Positions 8,985 through 20,200 of a DNA stretch of 64,000 bases are shown piece by piece. The notes below the pieces were generated by a model that searched no databases, was not told the DNA's origin, and saw only the letters and a list, made by a program, of their open reading frames with translations. The translations under genes were made by a program, and so were the position numbers. Origin of the DNA: Geomonas sp. (GTDB lineage: Bacteria; Desulfobacterota; Desulfuromonadia; Geobacterales; Geobacteraceae); NCBI GenBank assembly GCA_035255025.1, contig DATFAB010000073.1:18186-82185 (forward strand). The letters are read 5' to 3'. The first letter of the stretch is position 1. Each line of letters opens with the position of its first letter.

Positions 8985-9202
8985 GGCATCTTTACCTCTT
9001 GCTGAGATTGCTGTCACTGGACCAGATCACTGACTCCACAACATATCACATCATGAATTGAATCTATGAAGAATTTTTTGTCTGAGTAAGGCTGGCAAGC
9101 GCAGGAAATAGAACCTGGACGCTGGCGGCGGGATGGGGCGAAATGAGATAGATGGCGTGGAAACAGGGAAAGGAGGGGGTACGCCTTGAGCGAGAGGGGG
9201 TC

Positions 9203-12200
9203 TTAGCTTTCGCTTCGCAGCAGCTGGAGCAGTTCCTCTGCGCTGATCTTGCCGCTCAGGTCGGTTTCGTCCAGCAGGCTGTCGGCCAGGCCGCGCTTGT
9301 GCTGGTGCAGTCCGACGATCTTCTCCTCGATGGTCCCCTTGGTGACCAGGCGGTAGATGGTGACCGGACGCTGCTGCCCGATCCTGTGGGCGCGGTCGGA
9401 GGCCTGATCCTCCACGGCGGGGTTCCACCAGGGATCCATGTGGATGACGTAATCGGCTGCGGTCAGGTTGAGCCCGACCCCGCCCGCTTTCAGGCTGATC
9501 AGGAAGAGGTCGCCGTCTCCCGACTGGAACGCCTCCATCCGAAGCTTGCGTTCTTTGGGAGGGGTGCTGCCGTCGAGGTACTGGTACCGGATACCGGCCT
9601 TTTCCACGAACTGCCTGATGATCTCCAGGTGGCTGACGAACTGGCTGAACACCAGGGCCTTGTGTCGGTTTTCCCGCAGTTCCTCAAGGATTTCGGCGAA
9701 GGCCGCCAGCTTGGCGCTGGGAATCCTGCTCTCCGGCAGGATCAGGCGCGGGTTGCAGCAGGCCCGGCGCAGGCGCATGATCTCCGCCAGGATCTTGACG
9801 TAGGTCTCTCCCTTCTCCTCCACCTTGCCGACCCCCGCCAGGTTATCCAGCACGCTGCGGCGCAGGGCCTCGTAGAAGGAGGCTTCTTCCTCGCCCATGC
9901 CGACCTTGACGGTGATCTCGGTGCGCGAGGGGAGCTCTTCCAGTACCTGGTTCTTGGTGCGGCGCAGGATGAAAGGCTGGATCAGCCTCTTCAGCCGCGC
10001 CCGGGCTCTCTTGTCCTTGCTCTTCTCGATGGGGGACGCGAAACGGACGTTGAACTGCTTGAGCGATCCCAAAAGCCCTGGGTTGATGAACCGGAAGACG
10101 TTCCAGAGTTCACCGAGATGGTTCTCTATGGGGGTGCCGGTGGCCACCATCTTGAAGGCGCCGGTCAGCTCCATGGCAGCCTGGCTGCGCTTGGTCGCCA
10201 TGTTCTTGATGGCCTGCGCCTCGTCCAGCACGATCGCCTGCCACTTCACCGAGGCCAGCAGATGGCCTTCCTGCTGCAGCAGGCCGTAGCTGCAGATGAC
10301 CAGGTCGAAGGGCTCAAGCCGCTTGATGGTCGCTTCCCGCTGGTTCCCCCCGAACATGACCACCTTGAGGGTTGGGGCGAACTTGAGCGTCTCGCTCTCC
10401 CAGTTCAGGCAGACCGAGGTGGGCGCCACCACCAGCGAGGGGCCATGGGCCGCCATGGCGAGGATCTGAGCCAGCGCCTGCACGGTCTTGCCCAGTCCCA
10501 TGTCGTCGGCGAGGCAGGCACCGACCCCCCACTGCGCGAGGCGGTTCAGCCAGTTGAAGCCTTCCTCCTGGTAGGGACGCAATTCCGCCTGCAGGGTGGA
10601 GGGGAGCTGCGGCCTGAAGTTCTGGGCATCCCGCAGCCTTTTCAGCTGTACCTGCCACTGCTGGTCGGCGACCAGTTGGCCTGCCTCGTCCGCGAACTCC
10701 TCGAAGACTCCCGCCGCCAGCCGGTGGAATCGGAACCCCTTGCCGTGCGGGTCGGCAAAGGAGGCAACCTCGTCGATGCGCTTTCTGAGCTGCGCGGAAA
10801 GGGCCAGGAACTCGCCGTCGCCCAGCGGGACGAAGCGGCCATGCCCGTCCCGGGCCAGATCCACCAGCAGCTGCAGGTCCAGCGTCCTTTTTTCGTTCAG
10901 CCTGACCTCGCCGTCCAGCTCGAACCAGTCCTTGGCCTCCCTGATTCTCAGCGTGCAGTTGCCTGGCGTCGCCTCCTGGCGCACCTTGAACTTCGCCCCA
11001 TCCGGCCAGGCCAGTCGCACGCTCTCCCCCAGCGCCTGGAGTTGCAAAAGGACTTCCAGTGCGTCCTCCGGGTCCGGGAGCAGCCACTCGCAGTCGTTTT
11101 CCTCGCTTTCCGGCAGATAGGGGAGCGCTGCCACGGCATCGGCAGCCCTGCGCAGTTCCAGGCGCAGGTCCCGTCTGGTCTGCACCCGTTTCCCTTCGAG
11201 TTCCGCCAGCACCGTTTCCCCGCCGGCGCCGGGCCGGAAATAGGGGCCGGCATCGGAGAAGGGGCGCACCAGAAGTTCCAGCTTGATGCCGGAGCTGTAG
11301 GGAAGCAGATGGAAACAGGGGGTGGGGTCGGCCGGGAGCAGGGCGGCGGAGTCGCTGCCGATGTCGGAGTGGACGGTCATGATGGAGGAGAGGGTGTTGA
11401 TCGCCTCCAGCGCCTTCTGCTTGGCCTGGCCCGGGACCTTCAGGCCGTCTCCCACGATGGCCGAAATCTGCCGGTACTCCTCCCTCGCCTCGAACACCTT
11501 CAGGCGGGTCGGGCTCTCTTTAACCACGTGGATGTCGCGGTCCTGCTCGAAGGAAGGATAGATCCTGATCTGGAGCAGGTCCCCTTCGGTAGAGACCTGC
11601 AGTTCCGGTTCTCCGTGTACCAGTTCCAGCCGGGTGGTGCCCGCCGGGTCGAGGTAGACGTTCGGGTGGCCGATCATCAGCGGCAGTGCCTTTTCGTTGT
11701 CCAGCCGGTAGACCTCGCGGCCATATCCATAGTAGCCGTAGCTCCGCTCGCGTCCCTGGTTGATGCAGCCGCAGATGCGCAGGTCCTGCTCGGTGAGGAA
11801 ATCGAGCTGGCCGGCCTCCTCGGCGAGCCTTTTCAACGAGATGTTTTTCCCTGAGGTCCACTTGCCGGTCGGCGTCAGCTTCTGTTCGCGCGGCTGGATC
11901 TCGATCTGGCGGCCATCCTCCTGGAAGTGCCAGATCAGCCGGGAGTGGGCGGCAGGCTTCTGGGGTGCGTCCTCTTTCTTGTTGAGGCCTATCAGAGCGC
12001 TCAAGGCGCTGTCCCAGAACTCGATCCTGTCGATGGTCCGTACCAGCGGCGTCAGCCCCCAGGCCTTGTACCGCTGCTCGGTCTCGCGGATGGCGGGTGT
12101 ATCGACTCCGCAGGCGAGGGCTGCCAGATCGAACTCGTCCGCCAGCCAGCCGTAACCGGCCTCGCGCGCATTGCCGGAAAGCGGCGGCAACTGCGTCGCC

Positions 12201-13360
12201 ATCTCGGCTGCTTGGGGGGAGTCGCACCAGTGCAGGGCCATGACCAGAAAGAGGGCGTAGACCGGCGACCACGAATAGCGGTGGTTTTCCCTTTCCAGTT
12301 CGGCGGCGATGCCGTGCTCACCGCTGCGGTCCCTGATCACCAGTTGCAGGAACCGGTAGATCTCCTTGTGCGGCCACTCCTTTTTCTTGGCTACGAAAGT
12401 GCAATGCTCCGCGGCGACCTCGAGGAGCCTTTTATCCCCGGTGCCGACCAGGGCCAGGATGAAGAGGGGGCCGGTGATGTCGTCGAAGAAGGTCTTCCGT
12501 TTGCCGGTTTCCTTTTTAAGGCGCAGCAAGCCCGTTTCGAAATGCTCGATCGATTCGGCATGGGAGCCGTGAAGAAGCGCAAGGCAGCCGAGGATTCCCT
12601 GCTTCTTGGCGGTCGGGTGCTTTCTCGACCTCTGCCTGGCCTCCTCCAGCCGCCCGCGCAAAAGGAGTTCGAGGCAGAAAAAATCCGAGACTCCAGGCGG
12701 TAGCGGTCTGGCGGCCAGTTCGGCGAGCAGATCGAAGGCCGGCTGGGAAGGGGAAAGATCTGCAGATGCCTGGGCGAGAATCTCGGAAAGTGCGGGGAGT
12801 TGAACCTCTTCGGGAAGCGTCCGGAACCAGGAACTGTCGAAGGGGGAATTGCAGAGGGCGACGAACGGGTGGTTGTGCGTCATCTCGTAGGGAAACTGCC
12901 GCTGGTAGCGCGCCAGCGTCTCGAAAACGAGGTTCGGCCTTTTGCCGTACACGGCGATCCGCAGGTCGCGTAACGCGTGAAGGTGGCTGCGGTAGTAGGT
13001 GCTGCCCCAATCGGAAACCATGGGGATTTCGCTCTGTACCGCGGAGACCATGAAGGGGAAGGCGCCATCCTCGATGGCGCTCAGCGTTACCTGGTGCACG
13101 ATCTCCGGGGCGCAGCGAAAACCGTCGTGGCTTACCCGCACCATCCCGGCAGCCTTCAGCCTGTCGATGGCTTCCGAGATACTGACGCCGTGATGAGGGC
13201 GGCCCTCAGCGGTGACCAGGCCGTAGCGCCGGGCGGTATTGAGTATGGCGCTTTTGGAGGCCGGCGCGTAGATCACCGAAAGTAGCTGCAGCAGAGTTTT
13301 CTGGTCCGGCTGGAAGCGCTGAAAGACCTGCAGGAGTTTCTTTGCGTCAGGCTGGGGCAA
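9203..13360 (-). CDS. SNF2-family (SF2) helicase-like ATPase with long helical N-terminal region
   Basis: LRPYQ, CLADDMGLGKT, LDEAQAIKN, TGTPIEN, LISLKAGGVGLNLT, DPWWNPAVEDQASDRAHRIGQ; TTG start adjacent to aguB stop. Confidence 0.93.
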   Translation of the reverse strand: MPQPDAKKLLQVFQRFQPDQKTLLQLLSVIYAPASKSAILNTARRYGLVTAEGRPHHGVSISEAIDRLKAAGMVRVSHDGFRCAPEIVHQVTLSAIEDGAFPFMVSAVQSEIPMVSDWGSTYYRSHLHALRDLRIAVYGKRPNLVFETLARYQRQFPYEMTHNHPFVALCNSPFDSSWFRTLPEEVQLPALSEILAQASADLSPSQPAFDLLAELAARPLPPGVSDFFCLELLLRGRLEEARQRSRKHPTAKKQGILGCLALLHGSHAESIEHFETGLLRLKKETGKRKTFFDDITGPLFILALVGTGDKRLLEVAAEHCTFVAKKKEWPHKEIYRFLQLVIRDRSGEHGIAAELERENHRYSWSPVYALFLVMALHWCDSPQAAEMATQLPPLSGNAREAGYGWLADEFDLAALACGVDTPAIRETEQRYKAWGLTPLVRTIDRIEFWDSALSALIGLNKKEDAPQKPAAHSRLIWHFQEDGRQIEIQPREQKLTPTGKWTSGKNISLKRLAEEAGQLDFLTEQDLRICGCINQGRERSYGYYGYGREVYRLDNEKALPLMIGHPNVYLDPAGTTRLELVHGEPELQVSTEGDLLQIRIYPSFEQDRDIHVVKESPTRLKVFEAREEYRQISAIVGDGLKVPGQAKQKALEAINTLSSIMTVHSDIGSDSAALLPADPTPCFHLLPYSSGIKLELLVRPFSDAGPYFRPGAGGETVLAELEGKRVQTRRDLRLELRRAADAVAALPYLPESEENDCEWLLPDPEDALEVLLQLQALGESVRLAWPDGAKFKVRQEATPGNCTLRIREAKDWFELDGEVRLNEKRTLDLQLLVDLARDGHGRFVPLGDGEFLALSAQLRKRIDEVASFADPHGKGFRFHRLAAGVFEEFADEAGQLVADQQWQVQLKRLRDAQNFRPQLPSTLQAELRPYQEEGFNWLNRLAQWGVGACLADDMGLGKTVQALAQILAMAAHGPSLVVAPTSVCLNWESETLKFAPTLKVVMFGGNQREATIKRLEPFDLVICSYGLLQQEGHLLASVKWQAIVLDEAQAIKNMATKRSQAAMELTGAFKMVATGTPIENHLGELWNVFRFINPGLLGSLKQFNVRFASPIEKSKDKRARARLKRLIQPFILRRTKNQVLEELPSRTEITVKVGMGEEEASFYEALRRSVLDNLAGVGKVEEKGETYVKILAEIMRLRRACCNPRLILPESRIPSAKLAAFAEILEELRENRHKALVFSQFVSHLEIIRQFVEKAGIRYQYLDGSTPPKERKLRMEAFQSGDGDLFLISLKAGGVGLNLTAADYVIHMDPWWNPAVEDQASDRAHRIGQQRPVTIYRLVTKGTIEEKIVGLHQHKRGLADSLLDETDLSGKISAEELLQLLRSES

Positions 13361-13362
13361 GG

Positions 13363-14244
13363 TCAGTCCCGGTACCGCTTGACCAGGTCACCGTAGGCAT
13401 CGATACGGCGGTCGCGCAGGAAGGGCCAGATGCGGCGCACATCTTCGCTGCGGCGACGATCGAGCTCCACGACCAGGATCTCCTCCTGCTCGCCCGCGCG
13501 TGCCAGGAACTCCCCCTGCGGTCCCGCGATGAAACTGGTTCCCCAGAACTGGATACCGGCGCCCGCACCGCTGGGATCGGCCTCGAAGCCCACCCTGTTG
13601 GCGGAGAGCACGGGAATGCCGTTGGCAACCGCGTGCGCGCGCTGCACGGTGACCCAGGCATCGCGCTGGCGTTCCATTTCCGCATCGGTGTCCCTGGGAT
13701 CCCAGCCGATAGCGGTAGGGTAGATGAGCATTTCCGCGCCGGCCAGCGCCATCAGGCGCGCCGCTTCCGGGTACCACTGGTCCCAGCAGACCAGCACGCC
13801 CAGGGTACCGACCGAGGTGGGGATCGGTTCGAAGCCGAGATCACCGGGGGTGAAATAGAACTTCTCGTAGAAGGCGGGATCGTCGGGGATGTGCATCTTG
13901 CGATACCTGCCGGCGATGCTGCCGTCGCTTTCCAGCACTACCGCCGTGTTGTGGTAGAGCCCGGGCGCGCGTTTCTCGAACAGCGAGGTCACCAGCACCA
14001 CCCCCAGTTCGCGCGCCAGCGCGCCGAACAGCTCGGTGGACGGTCCAGGAATCGGTTCGGCCAGGTCGAAGCATTCGGTGTCCTCGGTCTGGCAGAAATA
14101 GCGGCCGGTATGCAGCTCCTGCAGCACGACCAGCCGCGCTCCCTGTTCGGCGGCCTTGCGGACGGCGGCCACGCTGGCCGCTATGTTGGCGTCGCGGTTT
14201 TCACGGAGTGCCTGCTGGACGAGGGCGACTTTGAGCTTTTGCAT
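13363..14244 (-). CDS. aguB: N-carbamoylputrescine amidase (carbon-nitrogen hydrolase)
   Basis: Nitrilase triad (LQEL, YRKMHIPDDP, VCWDQWYPE); adjacent to agmatine deiminase. Confidence 0.9.
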   Translation of the reverse strand: MQKLKVALVQQALRENRDANIAASVAAVRKAAEQGARLVVLQELHTGRYFCQTEDTECFDLAEPIPGPSTELFGALARELGVVLVTSLFEKRAPGLYHNTAVVLESDGSIAGRYRKMHIPDDPAFYEKFYFTPGDLGFEPIPTSVGTLGVLVCWDQWYPEAARLMALAGAEMLIYPTAIGWDPRDTDAEMERQRDAWVTVQRAHAVANGIPVLSANRVGFEADPSGAGAGIQFWGTSFIAGPQGEFLARAGEQEEILVVELDRRRSEDVRRIWPFLRDRRIDAYGDLVKRYRD

Positions 14245-14323
14245 CTTCTTATGCCTCCGGTGGGACCCAGCCTCACCCTGTCCCTCACTTGAGGAGATTG
14301 GACGCGGGGAGGGGGATTTCAGC

Positions 14324-15355
14324 TTAAGGTTTGACGGTACCTTTCGGTAACTGCATGGTCACGCAGTGCAGCGAGCCGTGTTGCAGGATGAGCGGCAGGC
14401 AGTTGATGCCCACCATTTCCCGGCCGGGAAAGGCCTGTCCGATGGCTTCCAGGGCGGCTGCGTCGTTTTTGTCGTCATAGGTCGGCACCAGCACCGCGCC
14501 GTTGATCACCAGGAAGTTGGCGTAGGTCGCCGGAAGCCGGGTCCCTTCCTCGTCGAACCGGGCGCCCGGCCAGGGGAGGGGAATGGCCCGGTACGGATCG
14601 CCGTCGCGGGTGCGAAAGGCCTTGATCTCGCGCTCCATCGCCTTAAGTGCCTCGAAATGCTCGTCCTCGGCATCGTCGCAGGTGACGTAGGCGATGGTGT
14701 CGTCCGGGCACAGGCGCGCCAGCGTGTCCACGTGGGAGTCGGTATCGTCCCCGGCCAGGTAGCCGTTGGCCAGCCAGAGGAAACGGTCGCTGCCGAACAG
14801 GCCGTGCAGTTCCTGCTCCAGTTCCTCGCGGAGCAGGTGCGGGTTCCTGTTGTCGTTCAGCAGGCACTCCTCGGTGGTCAGGATGGTCCCCCGTCCGTCG
14901 CTTTCGATGCTGCCGCCTTCCAGGATCAGACCGATCGTTTCCAGGGGCGCGTTCCAGACTCCCAGCCCCTGCAGCCGGCGGTTGATCCGGTTGTCGAGGT
15001 CCGAGGGAAACTTGAGCCCCCAGCCGTTGAAACCGAAGTTAAGGAGCCTCGGGCTCCCCGCGTCCTGAACGGCGATGGGGCCGAAGTCGCGGGCCCAGGT
15101 GTCGTTGGTTTCCACCGGATAGATGCGCACCCGCTCCAGGTTTGCACCGCATTTCACCAGCTGTTCCCGGACCGTCTCCGGGTCGGGTGCCGCGATGATG
15201 GCGGTCTCAAAACGGGAAATCTCCCGCACAATCTCGGCGAACACCGGCTGCACCGCCTCAAGGTACGGGCGCCAGTCGCTTTCCTCGTGAGGCCAGGCAA
15301 GCAGCACTCCGTCTTGTGGTTCCCATTCTGCCGGCAATCGTCTGTTGTCCACCAT
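14324..15355 (-). CDS. aguA: Agmatine deiminase family protein
   Basis: RLPAEWEPQ, NDTWARDFGP, EGGSIESDG, DTDSHVD, GSLHCVTMQ. Confidence 0.92.
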   Translation of the reverse strand: MVDNRRLPAEWEPQDGVLLAWPHEESDWRPYLEAVQPVFAEIVREISRFETAIIAAPDPETVREQLVKCGANLERVRIYPVETNDTWARDFGPIAVQDAGSPRLLNFGFNGWGLKFPSDLDNRINRRLQGLGVWNAPLETIGLILEGGSIESDGRGTILTTEECLLNDNRNPHLLREELEQELHGLFGSDRFLWLANGYLAGDDTDSHVDTLARLCPDDTIAYVTCDDAEDEHFEALKAMEREIKAFRTRDGDPYRAIPLPWPGARFDEEGTRLPATYANFLVINGAVLVPTYDDKNDAAALEAIGQAFPGREMVGINCLPLILQHGSLHCVTMQLPKGTVKP

Positions 15356-15653
15356 GGTCTCCTGCCTTTAACTTGGTGCAAAGATTAAAAATGCTAGCAT
15401 ACGCAGTTTATCGAATGCAAGATCAAAACCCTGGCCGGCGCTTTCCAGTCCTTGATGAACAGCAGCGAGGTCCTCTGCCTCTAGCTTCTAAAAAGTTGAT
15501 TCTGATGGTGGATGCTCGTATGATGCCCCTCACTTTTCGACATTTTGCTGCCATTTAAAAGGCAAATCCACCAAGCGCCCTTTTAATCGGGGAAAAACGC
15601 GGGCAACCGTCTCGGCCTTCATAAGGCCGCCATCACTTCAGGAGTCTCCACAC

Positions 15654-16580
15654 ATGTACTTTCCGGATACCGTCAACCTTCCTTTTAACGGTGAGATAAT
15701 CAAGGCCCGTTTCAGCCAGATCAGGCCGGGGCAGCTGGTGACCAACGAAGAGGGACACTGGGCGATCCTGCAAAGAGACGCACTGGTGCTGAATAACGGC
15801 ACCATCTACCAGGGCGAGCTTCCTGCTTCCCTGGACGCCTCCGTGCGAGAGCCCCAGCTTTTCGGCAGCTGGGACGGCAAGCCGATCCGTGTCTGCACGA
15901 TCCCTGGCGACCTCCCGCTTCCCGACGGCTTTTGCGCGGTTCCCTGGATGGAACTCCCCGACGAGCTTGCCACCCTCTACGGCATGGCGCGCCAGGTCAC
16001 CTACTGGGAGCGGATGAGCGCCAACTGCTCCCGCTGCGGCGGTTCGCTGGAGCGGATCGCCTATACCTGGGGGAAAAAGTGCCTAGGCTGCGGCCACGAG
16101 CACTACCCGCACATCCACCCCTGCATCATCGTGCTGATCAAGCGCGGGGACCAGTTTCTCCTGGTGCGCAAGCCCGAGTGGGCGCCGGGGCGCTACAGCC
16201 TGGTCGCCGGCTTCGTGGATTTCGGCGAGTCGCTGGAGGAATGCGTTGAGCGGGAAGTCCAGGAGGAGACAGGGGTGAAGATAACCAACGTCCGCTACGT
16301 GGGGAGCCAGAACTGGCCCTTCCCCAGCCAGCTGATGGCCGGCTTCGTGGCCGATTACGTCTCCGGCGACATCGAGGTCGATGTCAGCGAACTGGCCGAT
16401 GCCCAGTGGTTCTCGCAGGATCGCATGCCGGACTCGCTTCCTCCTACCAGGAGCATCGCCCGCTGGATCATCGACCGTTACGCACTCGGCCTCTACCCGG
16501 TCGGCTCTCCTGCCCCCGAACCCGCTGGCCCCACCGCGGAGAAAAGACCGTTAGAAGAAAAAAACGCTAAAGTAATGTGA
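15654..16580 (+). CDS. nudC: NAD(+) diphosphatase / NADH pyrophosphatase
   Basis: Zn finger CSRCG..CLGCG, YPHIHPCII, Nudix box AGFVDFGESLEECVEREVQEETG, SQNWPFPSQLM. Confidence 0.93.
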   Translation: MYFPDTVNLPFNGEIIKARFSQIRPGQLVTNEEGHWAILQRDALVLNNGTIYQGELPASLDASVREPQLFGSWDGKPIRVCTIPGDLPLPDGFCAVPWMELPDELATLYGMARQVTYWERMSANCSRCGGSLERIAYTWGKKCLGCGHEHYPHIHPCIIVLIKRGDQFLLVRKPEWAPGRYSLVAGFVDFGESLEECVEREVQEETGVKITNVRYVGSQNWPFPSQLMAGFVADYVSGDIEVDVSELADAQWFSQDRMPDSLPPTRSIARWIIDRYALGLYPVGSPAPEPAGPTAEKRPLEEKNAKVM

Positions 16581-16642
16581 AAGGGGCCCGAAAAGGACTC
16601 ATGAAGCACCTGGGAGTTGCCAACAGTGCTCCAGGGTCTCCT

Positions 16643-16678
16643 TTTTTAGGGACGGTTAACAGCCGTCCCCTTTTTTTT
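16643..16678 (+). terminator. Intrinsic terminator after nudC
   Basis: AGGGACGG-TTAACAG-CCGTCCCT followed by a T run. Confidence 0.75.
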
Positions 16679-16729
16679 CTGAGTGGTGTGAAGCGTTCGA
16701 CAGTATCACCCTCACCCTCCTTTACCCCA

Positions 16730-16765
16730 TCCTCACCCCAACCCTCCCCTTGAAGGGGAGGGGGA
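16730..16765. repeat. REP-like palindromic element, CCCTCACCC class
   Basis: CCTCACCCCAACCCTCCCC-TTGAA-GGGGAGGG; related CCTCACCCTGTCCCTC...GGGGAGGGG at about 14271-14315. Confidence 0.6.
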
Positions 16766-16960
16766 GCGGACATCGGCATGAAGAGCGGGTCGCACCAGCG
16801 TCTTTTTCCTCTTTAAGGGGAGCGGGCGCGGTACGGCATAGTCGTCTCGCAGCAAGCCTTTCTCCCAAATAGACAGATCCCCTCCGATTCGTTGCCCCGC
16901 CACCGGCTGCCCCCTGTCCCCCTTTATCATCCCGTCAGCGCCGTGTGACTGTGCCTTCCG

Positions 16961-17000
16961 AAAGTCCCCCTTTGAAAAAGGGGGATTTAGGGGGATTTGC
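16961..17000 (-). repeat. REP-like element, AAATCCCCC..CCCCCTTT-N3-AAAGGGGG family
   Basis: Reverse strand reads GCAAATCCCCCTAAATCCCCCTTTTTCAAAGGGGGAC; other copies at 51987, 56779, 56833 and 58079. Confidence 0.8.
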
Positions 17001-17237
17001 AGCTCACGTGTTGCCACTGACCGGCTCTCCGCTACCCCTGGCTTGTCCTCAGCATCCGGGTGCTCTGTGGGTATCGATGCCGGCGCCACTCTCTCCTCCG
17101 ATGGCTGGTTTCTATCCTCGTGCCGCTTCCGCCGGGAGAGGAGGTGTTTGTGAGAGGGGAGAAGTCGTTGTATTCATGAAAGGATTCTGGTAGCATAGAC
17201 TGTTCGTTACGCTGCACGTGTGGGAGATCCTGGCAAC

Positions 17238-20200
17238 ATGGACCAGTCGCATAATGCGCTGCTGCGGCACCTTTTGGAGATGCCGCCGGCGGTGATATAC
17301 GCCTTGGCGGACAAGGTGGATCTCTTCAACGGCTTCGAGCTGTGCAAGAAGGAGCCCGTCTCACGGCTGGACTGGAGCGAGGACGGCTCCACTGTCACCA
17401 TCGAACTGCATGATCACGGCGTTTTCCAGGTCGCCCTCTCCCTTAGCCGCGGCGAGCTCTCCACTACCTGCGACTGCGGAGTCTGGAGCCCGCGCGGCCG
17501 CTGCCCGCACCTGGTGGCCGCCATGGCCACGGTCAAGAAAGCCCTTTCTCCCTCATCCTTTCCGATGTTCCAGCTTCCCTCCCGTTACCTTAGCTCCATT
17601 CGCAGCCAGCTCCTCAGCGTCTCTTCGGCCGACGCCGCCAGCAGGGCAAATGAGGTCCCCGTGGAGCCGCGTTACGCGCTGGTGGTCGAACGGGTCGACC
17701 GCGAGGTCATTATCCGCCTTTGCCGCGGCGGGGTCCCGGTCATCCTGCTGGACCCGGAACTGACGCCGTCGGTGCGGGATTTCCTGAGACTTCTTTACAA
17801 TCCGGCGCTGAGGGGGCGCTGCGTCGAGGATTTCCTGGTCAGGTTCGGCGGCAGGTATCCCATCCTGTACGCCGGTGCCGGCAGCACGCTCCCGCTCAGC
17901 TTCCATCCCGCGGTGCAGCGCTCCATCCTGCTGCACATGGACCTAAGAGAAGACGAGTTGCGGGTTGAAAAGACCCTGGACGACGGCACTCCCCTGGGCG
18001 GGGATTCTTTCGTCGGCGACGGCTACTACTTCGATCTCAGCCTTGCCCGCATCCAGAAGGTCGACGACGCCGGGGCTAACCGCTACCTGACACGCCTGCT
18101 CGCTTCCCTGCAACTGGTCCGGGAGCCGCAGGTGGCCCAGGCAGGTGATGCCCTGGTCATCGGCAGGGAATCGTTCAACCAGTCCCAGTTTACCGTCGCC
18201 GAACAGGAGCTCCCCGCCTTCTTGCAGCGGACGGCACTGTACGTAGCCGGCGAGAAATCAGCTTTCCGGGAGCTGACGCCACGCTACCGGCTCAACATAC
18301 TGGAATTGACCGACCAGGTGCAGGTGGCGGCAGAGGGTGTTGCCGAAGGAATGGCCTTTCCGCTGTCGCGCGAGGCCTTCTGGTTTTTTTCCGCAACCGG
18401 GCGGGCCCAGTTCCCCCAGCCGCTCAGGGCGAAGAAGAGGGTGGCGGCCATCCTGAGCGCCTGCTTTGCCGCCCTCGAAGGGAGCTCGCGCGCGGAGCGG
18501 GACAAGATCGTGCGGCACGCACTGGACACCCCTGACTTTGCCAAGCGCGGGATCAAGTCGGAGGCTCGCAAGATCATCGCCGGTTTTTGCCAGGCGGCCG
18601 CTGAGCCCGGCCTGCTTCTCCAGCTGCTCGGCAGGCAATGGGTCGGCATCGCCCACGAGGTGGAGCGGCAGGCCGCCCTGCTGCGGGTGCTGTACGAGAT
18701 CTTCGGGGTCGAGGTATTCTCCGCTGCCGAGGCGCCGGGGGAACTCTCCATCGACCGCAAGCTGTTTATGAGGAACCTCTCCTGGCTGCGGAGCGCGCTG
18801 AGAGCGGAGGGGTTCGCACTGGCCATGGGGGGCGAGGAACTGGAGACGGTCTCCTGGACCATCACCCTGGATGCCACCCGCTCCTCCATCGACTGGTTTG
18901 AGCTGCGCCCGGAGATCCGTAGCGACGGCGAGCTGGTGGACGAGGGCGAACTCCAGGAGGCGATCAAAAGCGGCGGCCTGTTCCGCAGGGGAGGGGAGAT
19001 GGTCATGCTCGACGAGCAGAGCAGCCGCGCCCTCGCCCTGTTTGCAACCAGCGCCAAACGCGAGGTGGTGAGGGTCCCGCGCCTGCAGATCCTGGACTGG
19101 ATCGCCCTCAGGCGCGGCGGGGTGCGGGTCCTGCTTTCCCCGGAGGACGAGCGGATCATCGAGAGCCTCACCCGCTTCGAGAGCATCCCCCAGCGGCGGG
19201 TCCCGTCCCGGCTCAAGGCGACCCTGCGCAATTACCAGCGGGAGGGGTACAGCTGGCTCGGCTTTCTCTACGAGCACCGCTTCGGCGCCTGCCTCGCGGA
19301 CGACATGGGTCTTGGCAAGACCATCCAGGCCATCGCCCTGATGGCAGGCCTTGCCGAGGGGCTGATAGCTTCCGAGCTGGAGCGCTCGGTGCCGCACCTC
19401 GTGGTGGTCCCGCCCAGCCTGATCTTCAACTGGGAGAGCGAACTGGCCCGCTTCTACCCCTCGCTCACGGTCGGCGTCTATCGCGGCCAGGGGCGTCGGG
19501 CCGACTTCACGGGGCTGGACCTGGTGCTGACCAGCTACGGGGTGATCCAGCGCGACATCGAGAAGCTTGCCGCTCACGCCTTCAACGTGATCGTCTTCGA
19601 CGAGGCCCAGTCCATCAAGAACATCCACGCCGAGACAACCGGGGCGGTCAGGAGGCTCACGGGGCGCTTCAAGCTCACCCTGACCGGCACGCCGGTCGAG
19701 AACCACCTGGGAGAGTACTTCTCCGTGATGGACCTGGCGCTCCCCGGGCTTTTGGGGCCCTACGAGCAGTTCCGCAAGCAGATGGCCCGCGACGACGCAG
19801 GCTTCATGGAGACCCTGATCAGGCGCACCCACCCCTTCATCCTCAGAAGGACCAAGGACATGATCCGCGCCGAGCTTCCCCCCAAAGTGGAAACCGACCT
19901 CTACCTGGAGATGAACCCGAAGCAGAAGGCCCTCTACGTGAAGACCGTGGCCCAGGTGAAGGCGACGGTCGCCGAGGCCTACAGCCAGAACGCCCCGGGC
20001 AAGGCCCGCATCATCGCCCTCACCGCCATCTTGAAGCTGCGCCAGATCTGCCTCTCCTCCCGGCTGCTGTTGCCGGAGGCGGCGGACCGCTCGCCCAAGG
20101 TCGAGTTTCTCGCCGAGCAGCTGCAGGAGCTCTTCGATGAGGGGCACAGCGTCCTGGTCTTCTCGCAGTTCACCTCCTTCCTGGACCTCGTGCAGGAAGG

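Noticed and set aside
9152-11854. 900-aa plus-strand ORF
   Set aside because: Antisense shadow of the SNF2 gene
16733-17217. Short ORFs in the nudC-SNF2 spacer
   Set aside because: They translate REP-like repeats (PLNPPFSKGD, PSPSRGG) and lack RBS or domain motifs; the same applies to ORFs at 51868-52144 and 57974-58510
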